This document shows, piece after piece, positions 30,197 to 37,865 of a stretch of DNA of 64,000 bases. The notes under the pieces are model-generated. The model worked only from the letters and a program-made list of their open reading frames with translations. It was not told the origin of the DNA and made no database searches. Source of the stretch: Hyphomonadaceae bacterium (GTDB lineage Bacteria; Pseudomonadota; Alphaproteobacteria; Caulobacterales; Aquidulcibacteraceae). The position numbers and the translations under genes are program-made. Each line of letters begins with the position of its first letter. Position 1 is the first letter of the stretch. The stretch spans positions 42,773 to 106,772 of the forward strand of contig JBFXCP010000010.1 of assembly GCA_050182055.1 (NCBI GenBank), written 5' to 3'.

Positions 30197-30892
30197 TCAC
30201 ATCGGTTGTACGAGTTCGCCGCCCTGCCAAAGGCCCGCGCGCTCGACTTCGCCTTCGGGATTCCAAAGCACGCCATAGCCCTGATACTGGCCGCCGGAGA
30301 ACTGACCCTCGTAGCGCCAACCGGTCGGCAGGCGTTGCACGCCGAAGCCGTTGGTGCGCCAGTTGGCGACTTCACCCGAGCGGATTTGGCCGTCGCGATA
30401 GATGCGCACGCCGACGCCGTTCGCCTCGTCGTTGGCGAACTGGCCCTCGAAGCGCAATTGGCCGGGCGTGTTGTTCTCGTTGTCGGCCCAATTGTAGACG
30501 CCGTAGCCCTGGTAGCGATTGTCCGCGTGCTCGCCCTGGTAGGAGTCGCCGTTGAAGACGCCGCCGATGAAGGTGGTGACGCCGTGGCCCTGCGCGCCGT
30601 TCTGGCCCCAGCCGCCGGCGTAACGCTGACCTTCCGTGCTGTTGTCGACGAAGAAGCCGCGCTCGCCGCGGCGTGCGCGTTCGGCGGCTTCGGCGCCGCG
30701 TGCAGCGTGTTCGCGTGCGGTCGCGGCGGCGCGCTGCGCCTCCGCTTCACGTTGGCGCGCGGTGAGGACCGCATCGCGCACGGTGGGATTGAGGGCGCTC
30801 ACATCGTAGCCGCCGCTGGCCTGCGGGGCGCCTGTCGTCGCGCACGCCGCCGCAGACAGTGCGAACGCCAACGCTATCGCCAAATTTCGCAT
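30197..30892 (-). CDS. MORN-repeat lipoprotein
   Basis: MRNLAIALAFALSAAAC lipobox. Repeats YQGEHADNRYQGYGVY..., FEGQFANDEANGVGV..., YEGQFSGGQYQGYGVLW. 8 nt upstream of the next MORN gene. Confidence 0.75.
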   Translation of the reverse strand: MRNLAIALAFALSAAACATTGAPQASGGYDVSALNPTVRDAVLTARQREAEAQRAAATAREHAARGAEAAERARRGERGFFVDNSTEGQRYAGGWGQNGAQGHGVTTFIGGVFNGDSYQGEHADNRYQGYGVYNWADNENNTPGQLRFEGQFANDEANGVGVRIYRDGQIRSGEVANWRTNGFGVQRLPTGWRYEGQFSGGQYQGYGVLWNPEGEVERAGLWQGGELVQPM

Positions 30893-30969
30893 GAAGTCCC
30901 CCAGCTGCGTTGGGCGACCTTAGCTCGCGCCGCGCCGATGTGAAGAGCCGTTTGACGACGGCCCTGCGA

Positions 30970-31674
30970 TCAGCGCCAGTCGGCGTAGTGCGCCTCGATG
31001 TCGGCGTCGAGCTGGACGCGGTCCACGTCCGGGCGCACGCGGAAGAGGGCCATGCGCCCGACATTGCGCACGCGTTCGAGGTGGCGCTCGACCACGTAAT
31101 AGTGTTCGCGATCCATGTAATCGTCGATGAGGATCGCGCCCTCGCGGCCGATCAGGAAACGCGCCGCCGAAAGCGCGCAGGCGACGCGGAAGCGGCCGTC
31201 CACCAGCACGAGGTGTGGGCCGGGCAAATGCTCCATCGCCGCCCACGGCGCGCTGGGATAGCGCCTCCAGCGCGCGACGCGCGCCGGCGTCGGCGTGCGC
31301 ATCAGCGGCGCGCCCCATGCTTCGGTGACGCCGATGTCGACGGCCAGAAGATCCTGCTTCTGGCGATCGAAACGACCGAGCGATGTGAGTTTGCGCTTCA
31401 CCGCAGCGAGAAAGTGCTTGTCGGACTCGACCGTCGTCATGCGCATGCCGTGCATCGCCGCAAGCACGGTCGATCCGCCAGCGCCGAATTCCAGATAGCT
31501 GGTTGCGACGGCGAGACATTCGAGGAAGAACGGCACGCACGCCGCCTCAAACTCGGGCTGATCGGAAACGGTGAATCCGCTGACGCGCTGGACATAGGCA
31601 AAGCGTACGTAATCGACCACGCGGCCGATCTTGTTGCTTGCCCAATCCCCCAAGATCGCACTGACCGCGTTCAT
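30970..31674 (-). CDS. class I SAM-methyltransferase-like protein (unknown substrate)
   Basis: SYLEFGAGGSTVLAA (motif I-like) and LVLVDGRFRVAC. 234 aa. Weak assignment. Confidence 0.5.
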   Translation of the reverse strand: MNAVSAILGDWASNKIGRVVDYVRFAYVQRVSGFTVSDQPEFEAACVPFFLECLAVATSYLEFGAGGSTVLAAMHGMRMTTVESDKHFLAAVKRKLTSLGRFDRQKQDLLAVDIGVTEAWGAPLMRTPTPARVARWRRYPSAPWAAMEHLPGPHLVLVDGRFRVACALSAARFLIGREGAILIDDYMDREHYYVVERHLERVRNVGRMALFRVRPDVDRVQLDADIEAHYADWR

Positions 31675-31826
31675 GTGCTGCGCCGGCTGAACCCGGCTTC
31701 ATGCGCTACGCTCAAATTGGCCCGCCGTCCACGCGACACTCGCCTTGAACGAGTTTCGCGCGCGCTGGGCGGCGCGGTTCATGGTTACCCCACGCGTTAG
31801 CCATTTCGCGGAACTTTGACGCGGGT

Positions 31827-34283
31827 CTAGGCTGCGCTCGCGGGGATGACGAAGCTGTCGATCACGCGCTTTTCGCCGGCCTTGTCGAAATCGACGGTGA
31901 GCTTGTTGCCTTCGACGGCGCGGACGCGGCCGTAGCCGAACTTCTGGTGGAAGATGCGATCGCCGACGCCGTAGTGCGTATCGCCGTCGCCGGAACGTGC
32001 AATGAGGCGCGCTTCGCCTTCGATCATGGGCGGCTTCGACACGCCGCGCTTTTCCATGTTTTCCTGGGCGCGCCGCCAGCCCGGGCTTTGATACGCGCTG
32101 TTGAAACCGGCGCCCGGCGCGTAGGCGTCGAAGCGCGCGCCCGCCGCTTCGCGCACCGCGCCCGGATTGAGCCCGTAGCCGGTTTCGCTGATCGCATCGA
32201 CATTGGCCGCGGGAAGCTCGTCAATAAAGCGCGACGGCAGCACCGTCTGCCAACGGCCGTAGATTTGGCGATTGGCCGCAAAAGAAATCCGTGCGCTCTC
32301 GCGGGCGCGCGTGATGCCCACGTATGCGAGGCGGCGTTCTTCCTCCAAGCCCTTCTCGCCGCTTTCGTCGATCGCGCGCTGCGAGGGAAAGACCGTCTCT
32401 TCCCAGCCGGGCAGGAACACCAATGGCCATTCCAGGCCCTTGGCCGCGTGCAACGTGGAGAGTTGCACGTTCTCGCCATCGCTTTCGGCCTCAATGTCGA
32501 GCACAAGCGCGACGTGCTCGAGATAGGCTTCGAGCGTGTCGTATTGGCCCATAGACTGGACCAGTTCCTTCAAGTTCTCGAGCCGCGTCTGCGCCTGCGG
32601 AGATTTGTCGTTGCGCAGCATGTCGGTGTAGCCGCTCTCGTCGAGCACGGTCTCCGCCAGTTCGACGTGGCTGATTTCGTGCGCCCGTGCGCGCCAGCGG
32701 TCGAGATCGGTGAGAAACGCGCGCAGCGCCGTGCGCGCTTTGAGCGGCAGCTCGTCGGTCAGCACCAATTCGCGGGTCGCGCCGACCAGCGAACGGAAGC
32801 GCGCCGCGCCGCCCGGCGCCTCCGGCGCTTCGGTCACCACTTCGCCGGTGACGGCGTCGAAGAGGGGGCCATTGTCGGTGACGAAGCGCACCGGCGGCTT
32901 GCCGGCATGCGCGTGCAGCTTCTGCACCGTGCCTTCGCCGATGCCGCGCTTGGGCTGATTGACGATGCGCTCGAACGCGAGGTCGTCATCTTCGGAGCGG
33001 ATGAGGCGCAGATAGGCGTGCGCGTCGCGCACCTCGGCGCGCTCGAAGAACCGCGGCCCGCCGATGACTTTGTACGGAATGCGCAGCATCAGGAAGCGTT
33101 CTTCGAACGCCCGCATCTGCCAGGCCGCGCGCACCAGCACGGCGCAATCGGCGTAGGAGCGATTGCTCTGGCGCCACTGCTCGATGTCGTCGGCGACCAG
33201 CCGCGCTTCGGCCTCGCCGTCCCAGACGCCGCGCACCTTGACGCGCTGGCCGTCTTCATCGTCGGTGAACAGCGTCTTGCCGAGCCTGCCGCGATTGTTG
33301 GCGATCAGGTGCGACGCCGTCGCCAGGATGTGGCCCGTGGAGCGATAGTTGCGTTCGAGGCGCACGACGACGGCGCCTGGAAAGTCGTGCTCGAAGCGGA
33401 GGATGTTGTCGACCTCGGCGCCGCGCCAGCCGTAGATCGACTGATCGTCGTCGCCGACGACGCAGAGATTCTTGCGCGCCTGGGCGAGCAGGCGCAGCCA
33501 CAAATACTGCGCGACGTTGGTGTCCTGATACTCGTCCACCATCAGGTGGCTGAGTTTGCGGTGGTAGGTCTCCAGCACGTCGGGATGGCGCTGAAACACA
33601 TCGATCATGTGCATCAGCAGATCGCCGAAATCGCACGCGTTCAGGATTTTGAGCCGCGCCTGGTAGATCGCGTAGAGCTTCACGCCCGCACCGTCGGCGA
33701 AGCCGAACGCCTCGCCTTTCGGGACCTTGTCCGGTGTCAGCGCGCGGTTCTTCCAGGTGTCGAGCAGGCCTGCGAGCTGACGCGCCGGCCAGCGTTTCTC
33801 GTCGATGTTCTCCGCTTCGATGATCTGTTTCAGCAGCCGGATCTGGTCGTCGGTGTCGAGGATCGAGAAGTTGTTCTTGAGGCCGACCAGTTCGGCGTGC
33901 GTGCGCAGCATGCGCGCGCTGATCGAGTGAAAGGTGCCGAGCCACGGCAAGCCGCCGCCGCCGGGGCCGAGCAAATGCTCGACGCGCTCGCGCATTTCGC
34001 GCGCGGCCTTGTTGGTGAAGGTGACGGCCAGCACGCCCCATGGCTTGGCGCGGCCGGTCGAGAGCAGGTGCGCAAGCCGCGTCGTTAGCACGCGCGTCTT
34101 GCCGGTGCCGGCGCCGGCGAGCACGAGGACCGGTCCATCCAATGCCTCCACCGCCGCGCGCTGCTCGGGGTTCAGCGACGCGAGATAGGGCGCAGCCGCG
34201 GCGGCGCGCTGGGAGATGGGCAGAGAGTCTGCGGACACGGCGCAGGCACTGTACCTGCTTCGCTCGGCACGAAACAGGAACAA
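31827..34283 (-). CDS. uvrD: ATP-dependent DNA helicase UvrD/PcrA family (with C-terminal Tudor-like extension)
   Basis: LNPEQRAAVEALDGPVLVLAGAGTGKT, MVDEYQDTN, TLHAAKGLEWPLVF and YVGITRAR motifs. The start may be the GTG near 34237. Confidence 0.93.
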   Translation of the reverse strand: MFLFRAERSRYSACAVSADSLPISQRAAAAAPYLASLNPEQRAAVEALDGPVLVLAGAGTGKTRVLTTRLAHLLSTGRAKPWGVLAVTFTNKAAREMRERVEHLLGPGGGGLPWLGTFHSISARMLRTHAELVGLKNNFSILDTDDQIRLLKQIIEAENIDEKRWPARQLAGLLDTWKNRALTPDKVPKGEAFGFADGAGVKLYAIYQARLKILNACDFGDLLMHMIDVFQRHPDVLETYHRKLSHLMVDEYQDTNVAQYLWLRLLAQARKNLCVVGDDDQSIYGWRGAEVDNILRFEHDFPGAVVVRLERNYRSTGHILATASHLIANNRGRLGKTLFTDDEDGQRVKVRGVWDGEAEARLVADDIEQWRQSNRSYADCAVLVRAAWQMRAFEERFLMLRIPYKVIGGPRFFERAEVRDAHAYLRLIRSEDDDLAFERIVNQPKRGIGEGTVQKLHAHAGKPPVRFVTDNGPLFDAVTGEVVTEAPEAPGGAARFRSLVGATRELVLTDELPLKARTALRAFLTDLDRWRARAHEISHVELAETVLDESGYTDMLRNDKSPQAQTRLENLKELVQSMGQYDTLEAYLEHVALVLDIEAESDGENVQLSTLHAAKGLEWPLVFLPGWEETVFPSQRAIDESGEKGLEEERRLAYVGITRARESARISFAANRQIYGRWQTVLPSRFIDELPAANVDAISETGYGLNPGAVREAAGARFDAYAPGAGFNSAYQSPGWRRAQENMEKRGVSKPPMIEGEARLIARSGDGDTHYGVGDRIFHQKFGYGRVRAVEGNKLTVDFDKAGEKRVIDSFVIPASAA

Positions 34284-34301
34284 TTCACATCAAGCCATTT
34301 T

Positions 34302-34335
34302 GACTTGGCGTAAGTTAAGACTTACGGTTAGTCAT
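34302..34335. promoter_or_regulatory. imperfect 34-bp palindrome (likely ArsR-family operator) overlapping the arsR-like start
   Basis: TGACTTGGCGTAAGTTAAGACTTACGGTTAGTCA, with a perfect core CGTAAGT-TAAG-ACTTACG at 34309-34326. TTGACT at 34300 could serve as a -35. Confidence 0.4.
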
Positions 34336-34639
34336 GACTTACACATTGGCGCTCGCGGCTCTTGGCGATCCCACACGGCGCGCCGTGTTCGAGCGGCTTC
34401 GCGAGGGCCCGCAGGGCGTCGCTGAGATCGCCGCCGGGCTGCCTGTCAGCCGGCCGGCCGTGTCGCAGCACCTCAAGGTCCTCAAGACCGCGGGGCTGGT
34501 GATCGACGAGCCGCGGGGCGCGGCGCGGATCTACCGCATTCACGCGGACGGTTTGCGCGCGCTGCGGGCATGGCTGGATGGCTTTTGGGACGACGCGCTG
34601 TTGCGGTTCAAGGCGCATGCGGAGGAGGACGGGACATGA
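34334..34639 (+). CDS. ArsR/SmtB-family transcriptional regulator
   Basis: LAALGDPTRRAVFERLREGPQGVAEIAAGLPVSRPAVSQHLKVLKTAGLV winged-HTH signature. Confidence 0.85.
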   Translation: MTYTLALAALGDPTRRAVFERLREGPQGVAEIAAGLPVSRPAVSQHLKVLKTAGLVIDEPRGAARIYRIHADGLRALRAWLDGFWDDALLRFKAHAEEDGT

Positions 34640-35109
34640 GTGTGGTGGAACTTGCGCCGATCGTGAAGTCGATCGATGTCCGCCGCTCGGCGGCCGATGC
34701 ATTTCGTGTATTCACCGAGGAAATCTCGGCGTGGTGGCCTGTGAAGACGCATTCGCGCGCACGCGACGCCGCGGGCGAACGCACGGTCCACGTGACGATC
34801 GAGGGCAAAGTGGGCGGGCGCATCTACGAAACGCTCAACGACGGGCGCGAACTCGATTGGGGCGTTGTCACCGCGTTCGAGCCCGGCGCGCTGTTCGCCC
34901 TCGAGTGGCGCATGGGCCGCCCGGCGGCGCAATCCACTGACGTGTCGGTGCGCTTCGAGCCGCTCGGGGAGGAGCGTTGCCGCGTGACGCTCACCCACGA
35001 AAACTGGGAGCGCATGGGCGCCGACGGCCCCAAGCTGCGCGAGGGCTACAACGTCGGCTGGGTGATGGTGTTCGAGGAGGGGTTTGGCGCCCGCGCCGGG
35101 CGCGCGTGA
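34636..35109 (+). CDS. SRPBCC / AHSA1-like domain protein
   Basis: ATGA overlap with the arsR-like stop. IDVRRSAADAFRVFTEEISAWWP pattern of Aha1-like START-fold proteins, which commonly pair with ArsR. Confidence 0.8.
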   Translation: MSVVELAPIVKSIDVRRSAADAFRVFTEEISAWWPVKTHSRARDAAGERTVHVTIEGKVGGRIYETLNDGRELDWGVVTAFEPGALFALEWRMGRPAAQSTDVSVRFEPLGEERCRVTLTHENWERMGADGPKLREGYNVGWVMVFEEGFGARAGRA

Positions 35110-35210
35110 CGCTTCGCCGGGCGGCGGCAGACGTTTGTTGCCAACTCGAAAGTTTCGTGTCCCTCCGTGCGCGTTGTTAGCCTTGCGGCGAGTCGCTACG
35201 AAGGGCGCGC

Positions 35211-36197
35211 ATGGCGGACGTGTTCATCTCCTATGCCCGAGAGGATCGCGCGCGGGCCGATCAAGTCGCGCGCGGCCTGGCGGCGCTTGGCTTGGAGTCG
35301 TTCTGGGATAACGAGATCCCGCCTGGGCAGACCTGGGCCGACTACACCGAGGAAAAGCTGACCTCGTGCAAAGTCGTGGTGGTGTTGTGGAGCCAGCACT
35401 CGACCAAGTCGCAATGGGTGCGCGAAGAGGCGCGCATGGGGCGCGACAAGTCGAAGCTGATCCCGGCGATGATCGACAACGTGGCGATGCCGTTCGGTTT
35501 CGGCGAAGTGCAGGCAGCCAATCTCTCGACCTGGCAGGGCGAGGCGCAGCACCCGGATTGGATGCGGTTCACGCAGGCCGTCTATCGCGCCGCGCGCGGG
35601 GGCGAGGCGCCCGCGCCGCCGTCGGCCGCGCCGCAATGGGCGCCGCCGCCGCAAGCGCCGCCCAAATCTCCGCCTGCGGCTCAATCCGGCGGCTGGTCGA
35701 TTCCGCAACCGCCGCCGCAGCGCGAGAGCTGGACTCAAGCGCGGGAGGCGAGTGCGGCCGGGCTGCGTGCGCCGCTCTTCTACGTCAAGAAGTGCCTGCG
35801 GCAGTTCGCCGACGGCGCCGGGCGCGCGCGGCGCGCCGAGTATTGGTGGTGGCTGCTGTTCGGTTTCCTGTTGTCGGTGATCGCGTACGGCGTCGATGCG
35901 CAGATTTTCGGCGCGGACCCCTACACCAGCATTCCGTACCAGCAGGTCGCTTCGGCCATCGTCGGGCTGGCGCTTCTGGCCCCGAGCGTGAGCGTAACGA
36001 GTCGCCGGCTGCACGATTTCGGCATGAGCGGCTGGTTCGCCGGCGCGATCACCGCCGCGCTGACGATCGGAAGCGCCTTTCCGACGACAGTTCTCGGCGG
36101 CTTGGTCAGCCTCGCGGCGCTGATTGCGGTGATCGGCGTCGGCGTGGCGCCGGCGACACCTGGGCCCAACCGATACGGCCCCAATCCCAGGGGCTAA
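35211..36197 (+). CDS. TIR-domain protein fused to a DUF805-type polytopic membrane domain
   Basis: MADVFISYAREDRARADQV...SQWVREEARMG TIR. Pro-rich linker. The C-terminal RAEYWWWLLFGFLL...SRRLHDFGMSGWF matches the DUF805 (YhaH/YhaI-like) signature from memory. Confidence 0.85.
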   Translation: MADVFISYAREDRARADQVARGLAALGLESFWDNEIPPGQTWADYTEEKLTSCKVVVVLWSQHSTKSQWVREEARMGRDKSKLIPAMIDNVAMPFGFGEVQAANLSTWQGEAQHPDWMRFTQAVYRAARGGEAPAPPSAAPQWAPPPQAPPKSPPAAQSGGWSIPQPPPQRESWTQAREASAAGLRAPLFYVKKCLRQFADGAGRARRAEYWWWLLFGFLLSVIAYGVDAQIFGADPYTSIPYQQVASAIVGLALLAPSVSVTSRRLHDFGMSGWFAGAITAALTIGSAFPTTVLGGLVSLAALIAVIGVGVAPATPGPNRYGPNPRG

Positions 36198-36208
36198 GGC
36201 TTTTTTTT
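36178..36208 (+). terminator. weak candidate intrinsic terminator between the two TIR genes
   Basis: GCCCC-AATCCCA-GGGGC stem-loop overlapping the stop codon, then TAAGGC and a T8 run (36201-36208), which is rare in this GC-rich DNA. The stem is short and 6 nt separate it from the T tract. Confidence 0.3.
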
Positions 36209-36258
36209 GCTTCGCACCCGGCGCGCAGCGTCTTAGGTAAACGTCTGCAGGAGAAGGC

Positions 36259-37311
36259 ATGGCGGACGTATTCCTATCGTATGCGCGCGAGGATTCCGGG
36301 CGCGCTCAACAGATCGCCGAAGGCCTTCAGGCCGAGGGGCTGGCCGTGTTCTGGGACACCGAGATTCCACCCGGCACGACGTGGGCCGACTACATCGAAG
36401 AGAAGCTCGCACAGTGCAAGGCGCTGATCGTGCTGTGGAGCGAGCACTCGACCAAGTCGCAATGGGTGCGCGAGGAAGCGCGCATGGGGCGCGACAAGGG
36501 CGTGCTGATCCCGGTCATGATCGATGCGTCGCAGCCGCCGTTCGGCTTCGGCGAAGTGCAGGCCGCCAATCTCGCGAACTGGGCCGGCGATCGTCAGGAT
36601 GTGAACTGGCGTCGCTTCGCCGACGCCGTGACGCGGTTCTCGAGCGCGGCGCCGCGGCCGGCGCCGGCGCCGCAGACCGATCCCGCGCCGCAACCTCAGC
36701 CTGCGCCGCAACCGCTGCATCACACGCCGCAGCCTCAGCCCGCGGGGCCGTCTGCGTGGTCAACGCAGGCGCCGCCGGCGCAGGGCGCGCGAAAAGCGGT
36801 GCCGCAATGGATGCTCGTCGCCGGCGCCGCCGTCGCGACGCTGATCGTGATCGCGGGCATCACGATGTTCATGAACCGAGACGGCGGGCAGACGCCGCAG
36901 GGCGTGCAGACCGCTGTCGGCGGCGGCGGCCAAAACTACCAGCAGCAGATCAACGACCGCTTGGCGGCGGTGGCGCCGACCTTCACCTCACGCGGCTACC
37001 AGCAACTCACGCAGCCGGTGAGCGGCAGTCTGGAGCAAGGCGCAGTGGCCAACGTGCCGATCAACCTGGAGGCTGGCGGCGACTACAGCATTGTCGGCGT
37101 CTGCGACGGCGATTGCGGCGATCTCGATCTGGTTCTCTACGATCAGAACAGCGTGCTGATCTCGCAAGACAACGCCGCCGACGCCACGCCGATCGTCTCG
37201 GTCGCGCCGCAATGGAGCGGGCCGTTCACGGTTCAGGTGGTGATGCACAATTGCACGGTGTCGCCGTGCTTCTATGCGCTGGCGCTCTATGGGCGCCGCG
37301 CCGGGCAGTGA
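36259..37311 (+). CDS. TIR-domain membrane protein (cytoplasmic TIR, 1 TM, Cys-rich periplasmic beta domain)
   Basis: MADVFLSYAREDSGRAQQI...SQWVREEARMG TIR. Pro/Gln linker. TM WMLVAGAAVATLIVIAGITMFM. C-terminal domain homologous to 26651..27100. Confidence 0.85.
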   Translation: MADVFLSYAREDSGRAQQIAEGLQAEGLAVFWDTEIPPGTTWADYIEEKLAQCKALIVLWSEHSTKSQWVREEARMGRDKGVLIPVMIDASQPPFGFGEVQAANLANWAGDRQDVNWRRFADAVTRFSSAAPRPAPAPQTDPAPQPQPAPQPLHHTPQPQPAGPSAWSTQAPPAQGARKAVPQWMLVAGAAVATLIVIAGITMFMNRDGGQTPQGVQTAVGGGGQNYQQQINDRLAAVAPTFTSRGYQQLTQPVSGSLEQGAVANVPINLEAGGDYSIVGVCDGDCGDLDLVLYDQNSVLISQDNAADATPIVSVAPQWSGPFTVQVVMHNCTVSPCFYALALYGRRAGQ

Positions 37312-37312
37312 C

Positions 37313-37555
37313 CTAGACGCGGTTTTCCAGCACGAACACCCGCACGGCCGAAGCGAGTGAGGCGTCGGGCGAGGCCTTGCCGCGCTTTTCGTCGATGGAC
37401 GCGATCAGCACCGGCAGCGTCATCCCCTTGGCGCGCGCGATGTTTTCGAGTGCGGACCAGAATTCCTGCTCCAGCGCCAGCGATGTGCGGTGACCTGCGA
37501 TGCGCATGGAGCGCTTCTGCAGCGCGCCTCTAGTGATCGTAATCATCATGTTCAC
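37313..37555 (-). CDS. ribbon-helix-helix (RHH_4-like) protein
   Basis: LQKRSMRIAGHRTSLALEQEFWSALENIARAKGMTLPVLIASID pattern. Its stop is 1 nt from the TIR gene stop. Confidence 0.6.
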   Translation of the reverse strand: MNMMITITRGALQKRSMRIAGHRTSLALEQEFWSALENIARAKGMTLPVLIASIDEKRGKASPDASLASAVRVFVLENRV

Positions 37556-37721
37556 GTCTGTGTCCGTCGAGTTTTCGCTCGGCGGCCTCTGCTTCGGTCT
37601 GAGCCAGTTTCTTGTCGGCCTTCTTGCGGCCGAACTTGGCGCGGTTCGCCGACGCCTTGGCGTCTGCTGCGACTCGCGCCTTGTCTTTGCGCACGCGTTT
37701 CAGGTTCACGACATCGCCCAT
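37530..37721 (-). CDS. small basic protein (DUF4169-like)
   Basis: MGDVVNLKRVRKDKARVAADAKASANRAKFGRKKADKK. From memory, this family accompanies the RHH gene near fumC in alphaproteobacteria. Confidence 0.55.
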   Translation of the reverse strand: MGDVVNLKRVRKDKARVAADAKASANRAKFGRKKADKKLAQTEAEAAERKLDGHRREHDDYDH

Positions 37722-37865
37722 TGCCGCAAAACTAAGCCGCTACCGCTTGCGCGCCAACTACGACAAAGGGACTAGAAGCGTTGCTTACACTCTTTTGTGT
37801 AACGCGAACTCCGCTTGTCACGCGTCTGCGAGCCAATTGCGAGAATCGAGCGGACGCGCGCATGT

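Noticed and set aside
31947-34088. 713-aa plus-strand ORF
   Set aside because: Antisense to uvrD. A typical GC-rich shadow ORF with no recognisable domain.
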